Source: Acholeplasmataceae bacterium (GTDB lineage: Bacteria > Bacillota_I > Bacilli_A > Acholeplasmatales > Acholeplasmataceae). From it: a stretch of 64,000 nucleotides of DNA. A program made the translations under genes and the position numbers. Below the pieces are notes generated by a model. The model saw only the letters and a program-made list of their open reading frames with translations, was not told the origin of the DNA and searched no databases. The DNA lies in contig OY763415.1 in assembly GCA_963667565.1 (NCBI GenBank), positions 960,001 through 1,024,000 of the forward strand. Direction: 5' to 3'. This document shows positions 17,011 through 26,748 of this stretch, one piece after another; the first letter of the stretch is position 1; each line of letters starts with the position of its first letter.

Positions 17011-17635
17011 CTTGTATCATCTCATTTCGGTAATTTTCAAGGTAATTCAGTTGTTCCTTAATCTCTTGTACATAGTTTTCAGCGATTTCGTTGTCCCAGT
17101 TGTTCTTAAAATCCATCATCTTAGTAAACCATGGCTCTTCTACAACAAGTTCATACTTTCCTGTTATCTCGAAGTGGTCTACCATACCTCTAATCCTAAA
17201 GACATGATAATGGGACTTAAAATTAGTATCAACTTCAAAACGCATACGACCATACTCGAGTTCTGCTGCGATATGGTTTAACATAAACTGCTTATCATCG
17301 AAATCAAGCAATTGATCGAGCGTTTCTTTGAAAGATGGATTGATATAGATAAGTGTTCTTTCAATACTCATGATATTATCAGCTGCGGCTCGATGATATG
17401 AAATAATGGATTCATCAAATTGCTGTCTTTGAATAAATCTATCCCTGGCAAATACAAAAAAGTCATATTCTCCAAGTGTTATATGAAGGTTTCCTTTGAA
17501 TCCATCTAAAACCACAGTAACATCCTTATCACTTGAGGTGCTATCTAGTCCATATGCAATCGAACCGCCATAATAAACAAGGAGTATCTCCGTATTTGGA
17601 AAGACTCCCTCAATCATACTTAGTAAATCATTCAT
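16979..17635 (-). CDS. Nucleotidyltransferase-like protein
   Basis: YYGGSIAYGL...SDKD (GS...DxD) motif. Confidence 0.65.
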   Translation of the reverse strand: MNDLLSMIEGVFPNTEILLVYYGGSIAYGLDSTSSDKDVTVVLDGFKGNLHITLGEYDFFVFARDRFIQRQQFDESIISYHRAAADNIMSIERTLIYINPSFKETLDQLLDFDDKQFMLNHIAAELEYGRMRFEVDTNFKSHYHVFRIRGMVDHFEITGKYELVVEEPWFTKMMDFKNNWDNEIAENYVQEIKEQLNYLENYRNEMIQDGLGKYSEPI

Positions 17636-17966
17636 TTGGTTCTTCCTCCTCTATTGGCTCTAGAAGCAGGGGCTCAATCACATCAAAATCATCGATTGCA
17701 TCTTCAAAGCCGATCACATTTTGTTTTAGCCATTCATATCCTTGAACGATTGGATTAACATTTAGAAAAGATGAAAAGTCTGAAAACGGAATGGCGATAT
17801 CTAACTCTTCAATTGGTACGCTTTTATTTGCTCGTGCTTCTTTTGATAAATAGGATGCAACACAAATAGTGATTTTTTTGCTTGAATAACTAATGTTAAA
17901 TGCAGTGATACGGTGGTATGATGCACCAATGCCAAATTTTGTATTTAGTTCTTTAATAATTGCCAT
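17628..17966 (-). CDS. Tail-fibre-associated hypothetical protein
   Basis: Position after the tail fibre genes. Confidence 0.55.
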   Translation of the reverse strand: MAIIKELNTKFGIGASYHRITAFNISYSSKKITICVASYLSKEARANKSVPIEELDIAIPFSDFSSFLNVNPIVQGYEWLKQNVIGFEDAIDDFDVIEPLLLEPIEEEEPNE

Positions 17967-17974
17967 ATGATTTC

Positions 17975-18655
17975 CTACTTTCTTTTCATTCTAAATATTG
18001 TGACTGCTATACTATCTGGTGATCCAACAGACATACCTGGGTTAATGTATAGAGATCCTAAAGAGCCATTAACAGAGTGTGCAAAATCGACCATCTTAAT
18101 TGATGCATTCCCTTGTCCTGATAATGTTGTGACTTCTTTTCCATAGGCTACCCATTGTTGAATATCGGATAAGGATGATCTGAATGTAGGTGATATTTCA
18201 AAATCAATAACTTTCGTTATTCCACTTGTTATCGTTGTCCCCGAAACAAAACTATCTTCAAGATATTGTGCTGTTGTGTTCTTACCCGCTCTAGCATCAT
18301 GGACAGTATCTTCAGTGTTCACATGATGGCTAATATAAGAACCGTATAAATACGAGTAACTTGAAGTCCTGTAATAGATGTAAGTATCAGACGTATCAAC
18401 GGAACTTCCATAAGTCGAAGCAATCACATGAACTTTATAAATATAATCAGGATCAAAGGGATAGACTAAACTGTGATAATAAGAATATCCTTCATAGTAG
18501 TATACTTTTTCTAATGCTCCGCCTATTTTCACAACCGATGAAATACCTCTCGCATAGAGTGTTTCACTATTATAATCAAAAGCTAATTCTCCTAAATAGG
18601 ACATATTTGAAGTAGTTGGTGTCGTTGTTCCACGTTTCACCCTAATGATAGCCAT
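17975..18655 (-). CDS. Putative tail fibre or receptor-binding protein
   Basis: N-terminal IRVKRG...GELAFD motif typical of fibre proteins. Confidence 0.6.
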   Translation of the reverse strand: MAIIRVKRGTTTPTTSNMSYLGELAFDYNSETLYARGISSVVKIGGALEKVYYYEGYSYYHSLVYPFDPDYIYKVHVIASTYGSSVDTSDTYIYYRTSSYSYLYGSYISHHVNTEDTVHDARAGKNTTAQYLEDSFVSGTTITSGITKVIDFEISPTFRSSLSDIQQWVAYGKEVTTLSGQGNASIKMVDFAHSVNGSLGSLYINPGMSVGSPDSIAVTIFRMKRK

Positions 18656-19506
18656 TAGTATGTTCCGCCATCAATAATCGATGAAGGCTGTAACACTTTA
18701 CTTGTATCGATGCCAAGTTTGTATGTGATTTTGGTTGGGGTATAATTCGTATCAACAACCGGATAATATATCAATCCATCTACAATAACTGAGTTTGCAT
18801 AATCTGTCTCAGAACTTGCTAAATCAATACCTGTTGTATCAGTGATTTCAAACATCTTAACATTATCAAGAATTGTTCTTTGTTCTGTTGTTAAATGAAG
18901 ATTTGAAGAAACGTGCGTATCGTAAGTAGTTGATGCAACACCGCCTAAACCAGAGAGTGAAATTGTCACCGCTCCAGTCGAACCATTAACGCTTGTAACT
19001 GCATCGGTTGGTGTTAAGAGTTCTTGCCAGTTTGCGAGCGTTGAATACGGAGTCGCCTTAAGAATAAAGGATTTGTTTAAGTCCGTTCTAACGGCAACGT
19101 CGCCTTCCTGTGCGGTAGATAAAGCAAGCATAGCTGTTTGACTTGCTACGACAAAGGTATTTGTTAATGCAATCTTTGGTACTACACTATCTGCTAACTT
19201 CCCATTGGCATCTAGAATTGGAATGTTTCCGTTTCCTGTTCCGGTATTTTTAGTTGATGCAGTACCTAAACTTAAAGCTGTAATCTTAGTATCGATTTGT
19301 GAATCAACTTTTGCGACACCTGGTATCTTTAAATAATCTGTTTCTGCAAGTGGCACTGAAACACTCGCCACTTTATCCGCTTTTGCTATATAGAGATGCT
19401 CACCACTAAAATCAACTTGTGGTTCTCCTGCCTTGACTGTACCGGTTGTTCCTGTAAGTGGACCAGTCCCAGCTGTAGTTCTTCTTTTAATTTGTATCGT
19501 TGCCAT
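18655..19506 (-). CDS. Putative tail fibre protein
   Basis: IQIKRR...GEP N-terminus, VTSVNGSTGAV motif, IDGGTY C-terminus. Confidence 0.65.
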   Translation of the reverse strand: MATIQIKRRTTAGTGPLTGTTGTVKAGEPQVDFSGEHLYIAKADKVASVSVPLAETDYLKIPGVAKVDSQIDTKITALSLGTASTKNTGTGNGNIPILDANGKLADSVVPKIALTNTFVVASQTAMLALSTAQEGDVAVRTDLNKSFILKATPYSTLANWQELLTPTDAVTSVNGSTGAVTISLSGLGGVASTTYDTHVSSNLHLTTEQRTILDNVKMFEITDTTGIDLASSETDYANSVIVDGLIYYPVVDTNYTPTKITYKLGIDTSKVLQPSSIIDGGTY

Positions 19507-19518
19507 TTTTATTTCCTC

Positions 19519-20292
19519 CTATTTTTTCATAAACACACTGGTTATATTGTGTGTTGTATTTCCTGTTGTTAATGTGACGATTCCATTCTCATAAACTACA
19601 CTTAATGAATAGTCTCCAGATGCATATCTGTATGAAACCGATGTATTAGATCCAACAAATAGGAACATCTGCTCTCCAGGAAATGTCACCACAGTATGAT
19701 TATTAATTGTTACATAAAGAATTGATTGTCTTAATTCATCTGAACTTGTTCCTGCAAAACGATAAGTTCCAGGTGATGCAAGTGTCAACGATTTTCTAAC
19801 TGGTAAATAATGATTGAAAATCTCATCGTCTAGTACATCTAATCGGCTTTTATCATTACTGATCAGCTTTCTTGAATAACTTGTCAGTGTAACAGAAGTT
19901 GTCGTCTTTGAATAAGCACAAAGAACCAATTCATAGAGTCCATCGGTTGTAAGTAAGTTAGTCGTACTTAGTGTTGGATAACTTCCCACTTGTTCTTTTA
20001 AGTAAATACTAACTGTATCATTTGATGTATTGATGCCTAACACGACATAACCCAACTTACTTGAATCAGGTGTAACACCAATGGTTGTTTGATTCTCAAT
20101 ATAGATAATTCGTCCATAAACTGAAACATATCCATCACTAAATGTAATCGTATTATTTGCTAAGGTATAACTGATCTCATTTTTAAGTCCTTTTAATATA
20201 CCTACATCGCTTGAAAATAAAAAGTGGTATAAGTCTGAGTCAATTTTCGACGTGACATTACCACCTTCAAATGTTATTTTTTGTAATCCCAT
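19519..20292 (-). CDS. Baseplate or tail-tip structural protein
   Basis: Position after the Tal-like gene; beta-rich sequence. Confidence 0.55.
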   Translation of the reverse strand: MGLQKITFEGGNVTSKIDSDLYHFLFSSDVGILKGLKNEISYTLANNTITFSDGYVSVYGRIIYIENQTTIGVTPDSSKLGYVVLGINTSNDTVSIYLKEQVGSYPTLSTTNLLTTDGLYELVLCAYSKTTTSVTLTSYSRKLISNDKSRLDVLDDEIFNHYLPVRKSLTLASPGTYRFAGTSSDELRQSILYVTINNHTVVTFPGEQMFLFVGSNTSVSYRYASGDYSLSVVYENGIVTLTTGNTTHNITSVFMKK

Positions 20293-21410
20293 CAGAACTC
20301 ACCTCCATCAACGTCTGAATTGGTTATTGTGATATTACTTGTTGTTCCACTGCTTGTATTTTTACTGAGTAGTTGTATTTTTTCTGTTAGTTTCACTCGA
20401 TACTCTCCTAACGTAATCGTTGCATAATTCATTGAATCTTTAAATGTAATACCTGTAATCACTGATTCATAGGTTTTTCCTTTATGGATAAAAGACACAT
20501 AATCCCCTAATTGAATATTGACAAATGGTATAAACACCTTGTTTTTCATGTCAATCATAAAGGTGATGTTGTGATCTAACTTGGAAGTTACCATTTCGCT
20601 TCTTGCTTTTGTTTCTAAAGTTTCATAATCATTGTCTGTATAGATATAACTTTTAACCATGACACTTGTGTATCTATCATCTGAATCTGCATCTTCTGTG
20701 ATGTCACCAGTTGTAAGTAAATAATAGGTTTTAATACTTTTATAGCTCTGGTTATCGCTTCTTGGATAATAGATGACTTTATTGACAAGCTGACTGGTCG
20801 AATCATTAGTTTCAACGTTTAAGATCGATGAGAAGTCACTTCTAATGACCATACCTTGATTCACGCTGACAATGCGAAACACAATTCCTGTTATTCGTCC
20901 CCTTAGATATACAACATCTGTATCAAAACTAATGCCATAGCCTTTGGAAACAAGCTCGAATATTTTTGACATATTGATAATGTTATCGGAATCAAAACTC
21001 AGACTTCCTGTGACACTTGTTTCTTTACTGATGGTTAGATACGATAGATTTTGTTTCACATCAGAATTATTCTTAAAGTAGTTCGTAATAATTTGGTATA
21101 GATAATCCGCTAAATCACCGGTGAAAGTTACTGCTGGTATTTCTAAATTAAAAATCTCTCTAAAATCGAGAGACTTAATGCTTGTGGTATAGTCATCTAT
21201 CAATTCGATGCTTTCCAAGATACCAATATATGAATAACTATCTTTTTGCAAAATAACAATGTCACCAATGGTACAATTCAGATTTGTCTTGTTAACTTTG
21301 AAAGTGGAACGTTTGATAAGTACCATATCCAAGACGAGCTCATACTGATTACTAACATAGGCGTTGTCCTTATATTGTAGGGTGCTTCGATCCAGGAATA
21401 GTAGTTTCAT
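20292..21410 (-). CDS. Tail-tip hub protein (Tal/Gp37-like)
   Basis: Follows the distal tail gene; LGDYVS...ITLG C-terminal pattern. Confidence 0.65.
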   Translation of the reverse strand: MKLLFLDRSTLQYKDNAYVSNQYELVLDMVLIKRSTFKVNKTNLNCTIGDIVILQKDSYSYIGILESIELIDDYTTSIKSLDFREIFNLEIPAVTFTGDLADYLYQIITNYFKNNSDVKQNLSYLTISKETSVTGSLSFDSDNIINMSKIFELVSKGYGISFDTDVVYLRGRITGIVFRIVSVNQGMVIRSDFSSILNVETNDSTSQLVNKVIYYPRSDNQSYKSIKTYYLLTTGDITEDADSDDRYTSVMVKSYIYTDNDYETLETKARSEMVTSKLDHNITFMIDMKNKVFIPFVNIQLGDYVSFIHKGKTYESVITGITFKDSMNYATITLGEYRVKLTEKIQLLSKNTSSGTTSNITITNSDVDGGEF

Positions 21411-21412
21411 AT

Positions 21413-22243
21413 TTAAATCCCCAGATAACCTTCAACGATAGTGACTCGACATATAGTTTCAGTTGCAACGCCAGGTTTGAATTCAATTTCATAGTCACCA
21501 TAATCTAGGAATATAAAGTTCTCTTCTTCAAAATCCTGAAGCCCATAGATATCGGTGACAACACCTGATGCTTCCATGATGATTTGTTGCTTGCTTGGAA
21601 TTGAATTAATGGTTAATGTTATATTTTCTGCAGTTAAATATAAACGTAGCGTTGAAACAACTTCACCATTCTTTTTTATAAGTACTTCTGGATCAACAAC
21701 ACTTCCTATCATTTCAATAACAATAGGTGCATCGTTTAGTCCTTCATTTCTAATATATACCTTGCCTTCGTATGAGCTTGAATAGTAATAGGGATAACTA
21801 TAGGGATATACTTTACCACTTGATGAACCATTAGCGATAATCTCGTAGGTTTTTTCTCTAAGCCATAGTGATAGTTTCTTAAAGACGATACTGCTTTGAA
21901 TGGTTCCTGCCAGAAGTTCTGCTTTTGCTAGGCTTGCGATATCTACATAGCAGTATGCTTTGAAGGCATCAGTTTGATAGTAGAGTTTGATATTATCATT
22001 GCTTTGACTTATAAAATCAACAAAACCTTTATAGCCTTGATACCCTTTCAAAAAGACAAGTGTCATTGAAATCTCAGTAAGTGGAATATTATATTCAGAA
22101 CGTGCATAGTAGTTTTGATATTCTAGGTACTTCAAATCTAATGTATAACCCAGTCCACTGACTTGTGAAATCAGTGTTTGTTTCTGATGATTGAAATAAT
22201 ACGTATCGCCATATTTATTTTCTATATAAAATTGTCTTATCAT
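21413..22243 (-). CDS. Distal tail protein (Dit-like)
   Basis: Follows the tape measure gene; YPYSYPY and NEG...P motifs. Confidence 0.7.
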   Translation of the reverse strand: MIRQFYIENKYGDTYYFNHQKQTLISQVSGLGYTLDLKYLEYQNYYARSEYNIPLTEISMTLVFLKGYQGYKGFVDFISQSNDNIKLYYQTDAFKAYCYVDIASLAKAELLAGTIQSSIVFKKLSLWLREKTYEIIANGSSSGKVYPYSYPYYYSSSYEGKVYIRNEGLNDAPIVIEMIGSVVDPEVLIKKNGEVVSTLRLYLTAENITLTINSIPSKQQIIMEASGVVTDIYGLQDFEEENFIFLDYGDYEIEFKPGVATETICRVTIVEGYLGI

Positions 22244-24249
22244 ATGACACTACCTCCTAATGCTTTATTGATTGAATCAATATCAAATGTCGGAGATGTT
22301 GTGTTGATGGTAATGTTGTTTGTATTGCTTGTTGAAGTGTTAGAGTTTGAGTTATTGACAGTACTTGATCCTTTTAGATTAAAGGTATCTGCAAAGAATC
22401 CACCAATGCCTCCAAAGAATCCACTGACTTTATCTGCTGCATTCGATGCAAAATCACTAATGCCATCAGTTACTTTATTCGCTATGTTTGAAATACCATC
22501 TGTGACAGTTGAAAAGGTATCTTTGACTTTCCCACCAAAATCACCAATTTTTGATGGTAATTCACCAATCCACTCAAATATTTTTTGAATAAACTCCACG
22601 ATTTTTTGTACAACATTTAGCACAGGCTCTAAGACTTTTTTAAGCACATTGATTGCGGGAACTAAGATAGCAGTTAATACTTCTCCAACAATAGTAATCA
22701 ATGGTGCGAGTGCTTCTAAGATCCCAGCAAACATCTGAACTTGCATAATCAATGGTTCAAGGATAATCTCCAAGATTGGTGTAAGTATATCTAGTAACAT
22801 AACGATCAAATTAATAATTACATCTAGGATTGGTTGCAATGCCGTCATTAGACTATCCACAATGGCTAAGATAGGCGGTAAGAGCTGCATGAATGTTTCC
22901 ATAAGTCTTGCAAGTAACGCTCGAAACTCTTCGCTTTGAAATAAAGCCATAGCCAATATAGCAATAAGAGCTCCAATTCCTAAAGTAGCTGCGTTAATCC
23001 CAACACCTGCAAATATTCCGGATGTCCCTACTGCTTTTAATCCAATAGATGCCATATTTAATAATGGTCCCACTTTTCCAACAACGGATAACACTGGTCC
23101 TATGGCTGCAACTAATCCGGTTAAGGTAACGATGATTTTTTTAGTTCCATCATCCATGTTGTTCCATTTATCAATCCAGTCTTTAAGAGTTGGAATGATA
23201 TTGTCTCTGACTTTAATTATCAGTTCTTGCAAAACAGGTAAAAGTGTACTTGCTAAATCAACACCTAAACTTGATAATGCTTGTTTGGTACGATCAAGTG
23301 CATCGGTAAACTCACCAGCCTTTTCAGCTTGTTCATTTGTGACGATTCCTAGTGCTTGTGCTTCATTTCTTAAATCACTAATCGCACTTGTTTCACTTGA
23401 TAAGATAGGAAGTACTTCTGTACCTATTTTCTCACCAAAGAATTCATTCGCTACACCAACACGAACAGATTCATCAGCAACTTCACTTAAGGCAGAACGA
23501 ATAAGTTCAAATGCTTGATCGGTGTTTTTACCTTTCAGATCATCAACTGTTAATCCAATAAGTGACAAACTATCAGCAACCTTATCACCATTTCCAGTCG
23601 CAATATCACCCATAATACCATTAACTTTCATGAATGCTTTTGACATCGACTCAGTTGAAGTACCCATAATGGTTGCGACATGATTCCATTCCTGGAACTG
23701 TTCAGCGGATAGCCCTAGTTTTTGTGCAGTATCTCCAATTTCATCTGCGGTATATGCCGTTTTAACAGAAAATGCAGTTAGTGCAGAAACAGCACCTAAT
23801 ATTGGCAATGTGACGCTTTTTGTTAATGTTGAACCAAGCTTTCCAATCTTATCGAACTTCGCATTAGCTAATTGTTTGATTTTGCTGTTTGTATTCTCGA
23901 GTTGTCCATTCATCTTAGCAAGTTCTGCTTCGGTGTATTGAACATTGCGTTTGAGTTTATTGAACTCTTCAGCACTCATATCACCAAGTTGAACAGCTTT
24001 TTTGGCTTGCTCGAGTTCTTGGTTTTGAGTTTCAAGTTTCTTCTTAGTTTGGACTAAGATGTCATTTAACTTGGATTGTTTTTGTTTCCAAAGATCTAAA
24101 TTCGTACTGTCATATCTGAGGTTTGTATTAATGGCTTTTAAATCTTTGTTTTGTTCTTTGAGTTCTTTTTGAATCCCACTCAATTCATTTTCTAAATCTT
24201 TGCCATCAAGTGTTAGTTTGATATTTAATCCTTTAACAGTCTCTGCCAT
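22240..24249 (-). CDS. Tape measure protein
   Basis: VKGLNIKL N-terminus, coiled coil, amphipathic repeats. Confidence 0.9.
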   Translation of the reverse strand: MAETVKGLNIKLTLDGKDLENELSGIQKELKEQNKDLKAINTNLRYDSTNLDLWKQKQSKLNDILVQTKKKLETQNQELEQAKKAVQLGDMSAEEFNKLKRNVQYTEAELAKMNGQLENTNSKIKQLANAKFDKIGKLGSTLTKSVTLPILGAVSALTAFSVKTAYTADEIGDTAQKLGLSAEQFQEWNHVATIMGTSTESMSKAFMKVNGIMGDIATGNGDKVADSLSLIGLTVDDLKGKNTDQAFELIRSALSEVADESVRVGVANEFFGEKIGTEVLPILSSETSAISDLRNEAQALGIVTNEQAEKAGEFTDALDRTKQALSSLGVDLASTLLPVLQELIIKVRDNIIPTLKDWIDKWNNMDDGTKKIIVTLTGLVAAIGPVLSVVGKVGPLLNMASIGLKAVGTSGIFAGVGINAATLGIGALIAILAMALFQSEEFRALLARLMETFMQLLPPILAIVDSLMTALQPILDVIINLIVMLLDILTPILEIILEPLIMQVQMFAGILEALAPLITIVGEVLTAILVPAINVLKKVLEPVLNVVQKIVEFIQKIFEWIGELPSKIGDFGGKVKDTFSTVTDGISNIANKVTDGISDFASNAADKVSGFFGGIGGFFADTFNLKGSSTVNNSNSNTSTSNTNNITINTTSPTFDIDSINKALGGSVI

Positions 24250-24262
24250 TAATATTCACCTC

Positions 24263-24505
24263 CTATAATAAGAATTTATCAATATCATTTTGTGTTGCTC
24301 TTTTGATAGATTGTTTCCCATTAATTACATTCATTTCAAGTTCTACAATTTCAAAATAGGTATCCAAACCAAAGTTCTTTGTGTCTTCAATTGAAATACC
24401 TAAATGAGCAAGATTAAAGATGATATTCGCTGTGATGTTTGTATCATTTGCTTTTGATGTCTGGCTGGGGTGTGTTTCCTTTTTGAAACGTACCGAGCAT
24501 TTCAC
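24263..24505 (-). CDS. Tail assembly chaperone, second ORF (probably the frameshift extension)
   Basis: Overlaps the end of the upstream chaperone gene; RATQNDIDKF C-terminus. Confidence 0.6.
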   Translation of the reverse strand: MKCSVRFKKETHPSQTSKANDTNITANIIFNLAHLGISIEDTKNFGLDTYFEIVELEMNVINGKQSIKRATQNDIDKFLL

Positions 24506-24800
24506 CTATCGTATTCGTTAGATTTTCAAGCTCACTTTGATTACTTAAAATAGAAAAATCAAGCGACATCAAAAAGTCGTTATAGGATTGTTTGGAAAAA
24601 GGTCGATGAAGTACATAGATAATGCGAAAGATCGTATCAATCACTGTCGATAAGTCTTCTTCCTTTTTGCTATTTGATTTTTCTAGTTTTTTGATATCAC
24701 TAAATAGTTCAGTTGAGAAAACATTACGGTAATCAATAATCGTAAATAGTGATGAATGAAGACGGTACTCCTTTTCACCCAACTTGAGTGTCTTTTCCAT
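24444..24800 (-). CDS. Tail assembly chaperone
   Basis: Lies between the major tail and tape measure genes. Confidence 0.7.
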   Translation of the reverse strand: MEKTLKLGEKEYRLHSSLFTIIDYRNVFSTELFSDIKKLEKSNSKKEEDLSTVIDTIFRIIYVLHRPFSKQSYNDFLMSLDFSILSNQSELENLTNTIGEMLGTFQKGNTPQPDIKSK

Positions 24801-24814
24801 ATATAGTGATCTCC

Positions 24815-25381
24815 TTAATTAAATGTTGGTAAAGCTGGTGCTGTCGTAAGGAATGCTGTGTAGTTCGTATCACCAACACCTGCAATCACTCTTAGAATCA
24901 GATTACTTCCAGACTCGATTGGTCTTGCTGTAATGTTTAGTGTGATTGAGTTAGCCTCAATTGAATCGGCTTTCGATTTACTTGCATCGCCAGATGGCGT
25001 CGCTGTACATAAGAAATACCAAATGCGTCTCGCTTTGATATCGCCTTGAATCTCATAACCTAGTGCGAATGTCTTAGTTTCGCCATTTACTACTTCTACA
25101 AGGTTTCCATTAGTATCTTCTAATACACCAAAGATATCCTTCTTAAACACGTCATCAATCTCTGTGAACTTAAGTGTGACAGTAGTTCCTGAATTAGATA
25201 CCAGTGTAGCAATTACCTTATCGTCTGCATAGACTTGTGTGCTTCCACCGATTGCTTCAGTCGTGATTTCTTGAGCACCTTCTAAACGCTTCGGTGTAGC
25301 AAAGATCCAGCTACCATCTTCAGCTTGAGTTGCGAGTGCATAGTGTACGTTGGTTAAACCAAATGTGACTTTATTACCCAT
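24815..25381 (-). CDS. Major tail protein (phi13 family)
   Basis: NKVTFGLTNVHYA and YADD motifs. Confidence 0.85.
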   Translation of the reverse strand: MGNKVTFGLTNVHYALATQAEDGSWIFATPKRLEGAQEITTEAIGGSTQVYADDKVIATLVSNSGTTVTLKFTEIDDVFKKDIFGVLEDTNGNLVEVVNGETKTFALGYEIQGDIKARRIWYFLCTATPSGDASKSKADSIEANSITLNITARPIESGSNLILRVIAGVGDTNYTAFLTTAPALPTFN

Positions 25382-25717
25382 TTAAAATACCTCCTGTTTG
25401 ATTTCATATATTCTGTTGACTGATCCATCTTCATTGATGAATTCAGACAATAATTCAAATTCATATCCCGCAAAATAGAGGGATGCTTCTAATTGTTCTT
25501 CTATAGATAGATTCTTTTTTTCAGTAATTAAACTGACTTGAAATGTTGCTACCTTTGCTAATGCCTTATCATCTGCATAGACTATGGTTCGATTATTTAA
25601 TTCTTGATAGATAATATAATTTGGATCTTCTTCCAAGCCTTCTCTTGTCCCGTAGGATACTTTACCAGGTAGGGCAGCATCTAACGTTTGAAATAGAGCT
25701 TCAAGTTTTTCTTGCAT
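25382..25717 (-). CDS. Tail completion/terminator protein
   Basis: Synteny; YIIY...YADD. Confidence 0.65.
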   Translation of the reverse strand: MQEKLEALFQTLDAALPGKVSYGTREGLEEDPNYIIYQELNNRTIVYADDKALAKVATFQVSLITEKKNLSIEEQLEASLYFAGYEFELLSEFINEDGSVNRIYEIKQEVF

Positions 25718-26109
25718 TAGTTATCACCTTTTTCTATAATCGATTTGATATCTTCAAGCATCTTTGGAGTCAGTAAATCATAAGCTGGACGCATGAAAGG
25801 TCTAGGTCCTACATACTTTCCACTTCGATGCGTAAATCCAAACTCAAGCAAGTGTGTTAGTTTCCCTTTCTCACTTGAAAAAATAGATACCGATTTATTG
25901 ATACCACTACCTTGAGCTTCTGCAACAAATGAATCAGCGAATGCTTTTGATCCACCACTTCTTGGAGCATGTGTTTTTATATACTTCACAATTTCTTCAG
26001 CTGTTTCATCAAGTTTCTTTTCAAGTGCGAGGATAACCTCTTGTGCGTAATCTTCGACCATATTTGAAATAGCAACTCCAAGTTCATCAAGCGTAACCAA
26101 TGACATCAC
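25717..26109 (-). CDS. HK97 gp10-like neck protein
   Basis: HLLEFG...PRPFMRPA motif. Confidence 0.85.
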   Translation of the reverse strand: MMSLVTLDELGVAISNMVEDYAQEVILALEKKLDETAEEIVKYIKTHAPRSGGSKAFADSFVAEAQGSGINKSVSIFSSEKGKLTHLLEFGFTHRSGKYVGPRPFMRPAYDLLTPKMLEDIKSIIEKGDN

Positions 26110-26422
26110 TCTTTCTGATCTTTGTTTTGCTTAAGTAGAGTTCAATAAACTGTCCGATTTGATAGGTTCTCTCAATCTTGTAAATATCTCCATCAACTTC
26201 AGCGTATTTGCTATTGTCATACAAAAAGCTTTGAATTTTTAATGCGGTATCAATCTTAATGTCTGAGCGTTTGCTTTCATAGTATTCGTTTGAAGTAATA
26301 CTGATGTTAATACCAATGACTTCTTTTGCGTTTTGAAGCTGATATGTTGATGAGCCAATCGCATTTTGAACCATATCCATTTTTAATAGTTTTATTCTGA
26401 TGTTTGGTGAATTAGGATACAT
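26087..26422 (-). CDS. Head closure (head-tail adaptor) protein
   Basis: Synteny; YKIERTY motif. Confidence 0.7.
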   Translation of the reverse strand: MYPNSPNIRIKLLKMDMVQNAIGSSTYQLQNAKEVIGINISITSNEYYESKRSDIKIDTALKIQSFLYDNSKYAEVDGDIYKIERTYQIGQFIELYLSKTKIRKSDVIGYA

Positions 26423-26708
26423 TTTCTGTTACTCCTTTGGTGAGTGCAATTTGACCTACTAACATATCAAAAGTTTTCGGTAGTTCTTTTACACTTCCAT
26501 CATTCTTAAATCCAAAGAATGTCTTCACATAGATAATGATGACGGTGCTTACCATTGGATTTGTTTCGTCATTGATGTAAGAAGGATCAATCCCACAACT
26601 CGTCAGATATGATTTACAGCTACCTATGTGAGTGGATAACTCATCGTCAGCAAATGTTTCTGATAGTGGTATAAGTAGTGCTTTTTTTACAATGTCTAGT
26701 ATTGCCAT
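26412..26708 (-). CDS. Head-tail connector protein (gp6-like)
   Basis: Synteny after the capsid gene; LDIVKKAL...DDEL. Confidence 0.75.
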   Translation of the reverse strand: MAILDIVKKALLIPLSETFADDELSTHIGSCKSYLTSCGIDPSYINDETNPMVSTVIIIYVKTFFGFKNDGSVKELPKTFDMLVGQIALTKGVTENVS

Positions 26709-26748
26709 GAGATCAATCCTTTCTTACTTCAAAAACTAACCAGAGCTA

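Noticed and set aside
17628..19506. Diversity-generating retroelement or invertible tail-fibre shufflon
   Set aside because: I found no reverse transcriptase, template/variable repeat pair or inverted fibre cassettes.
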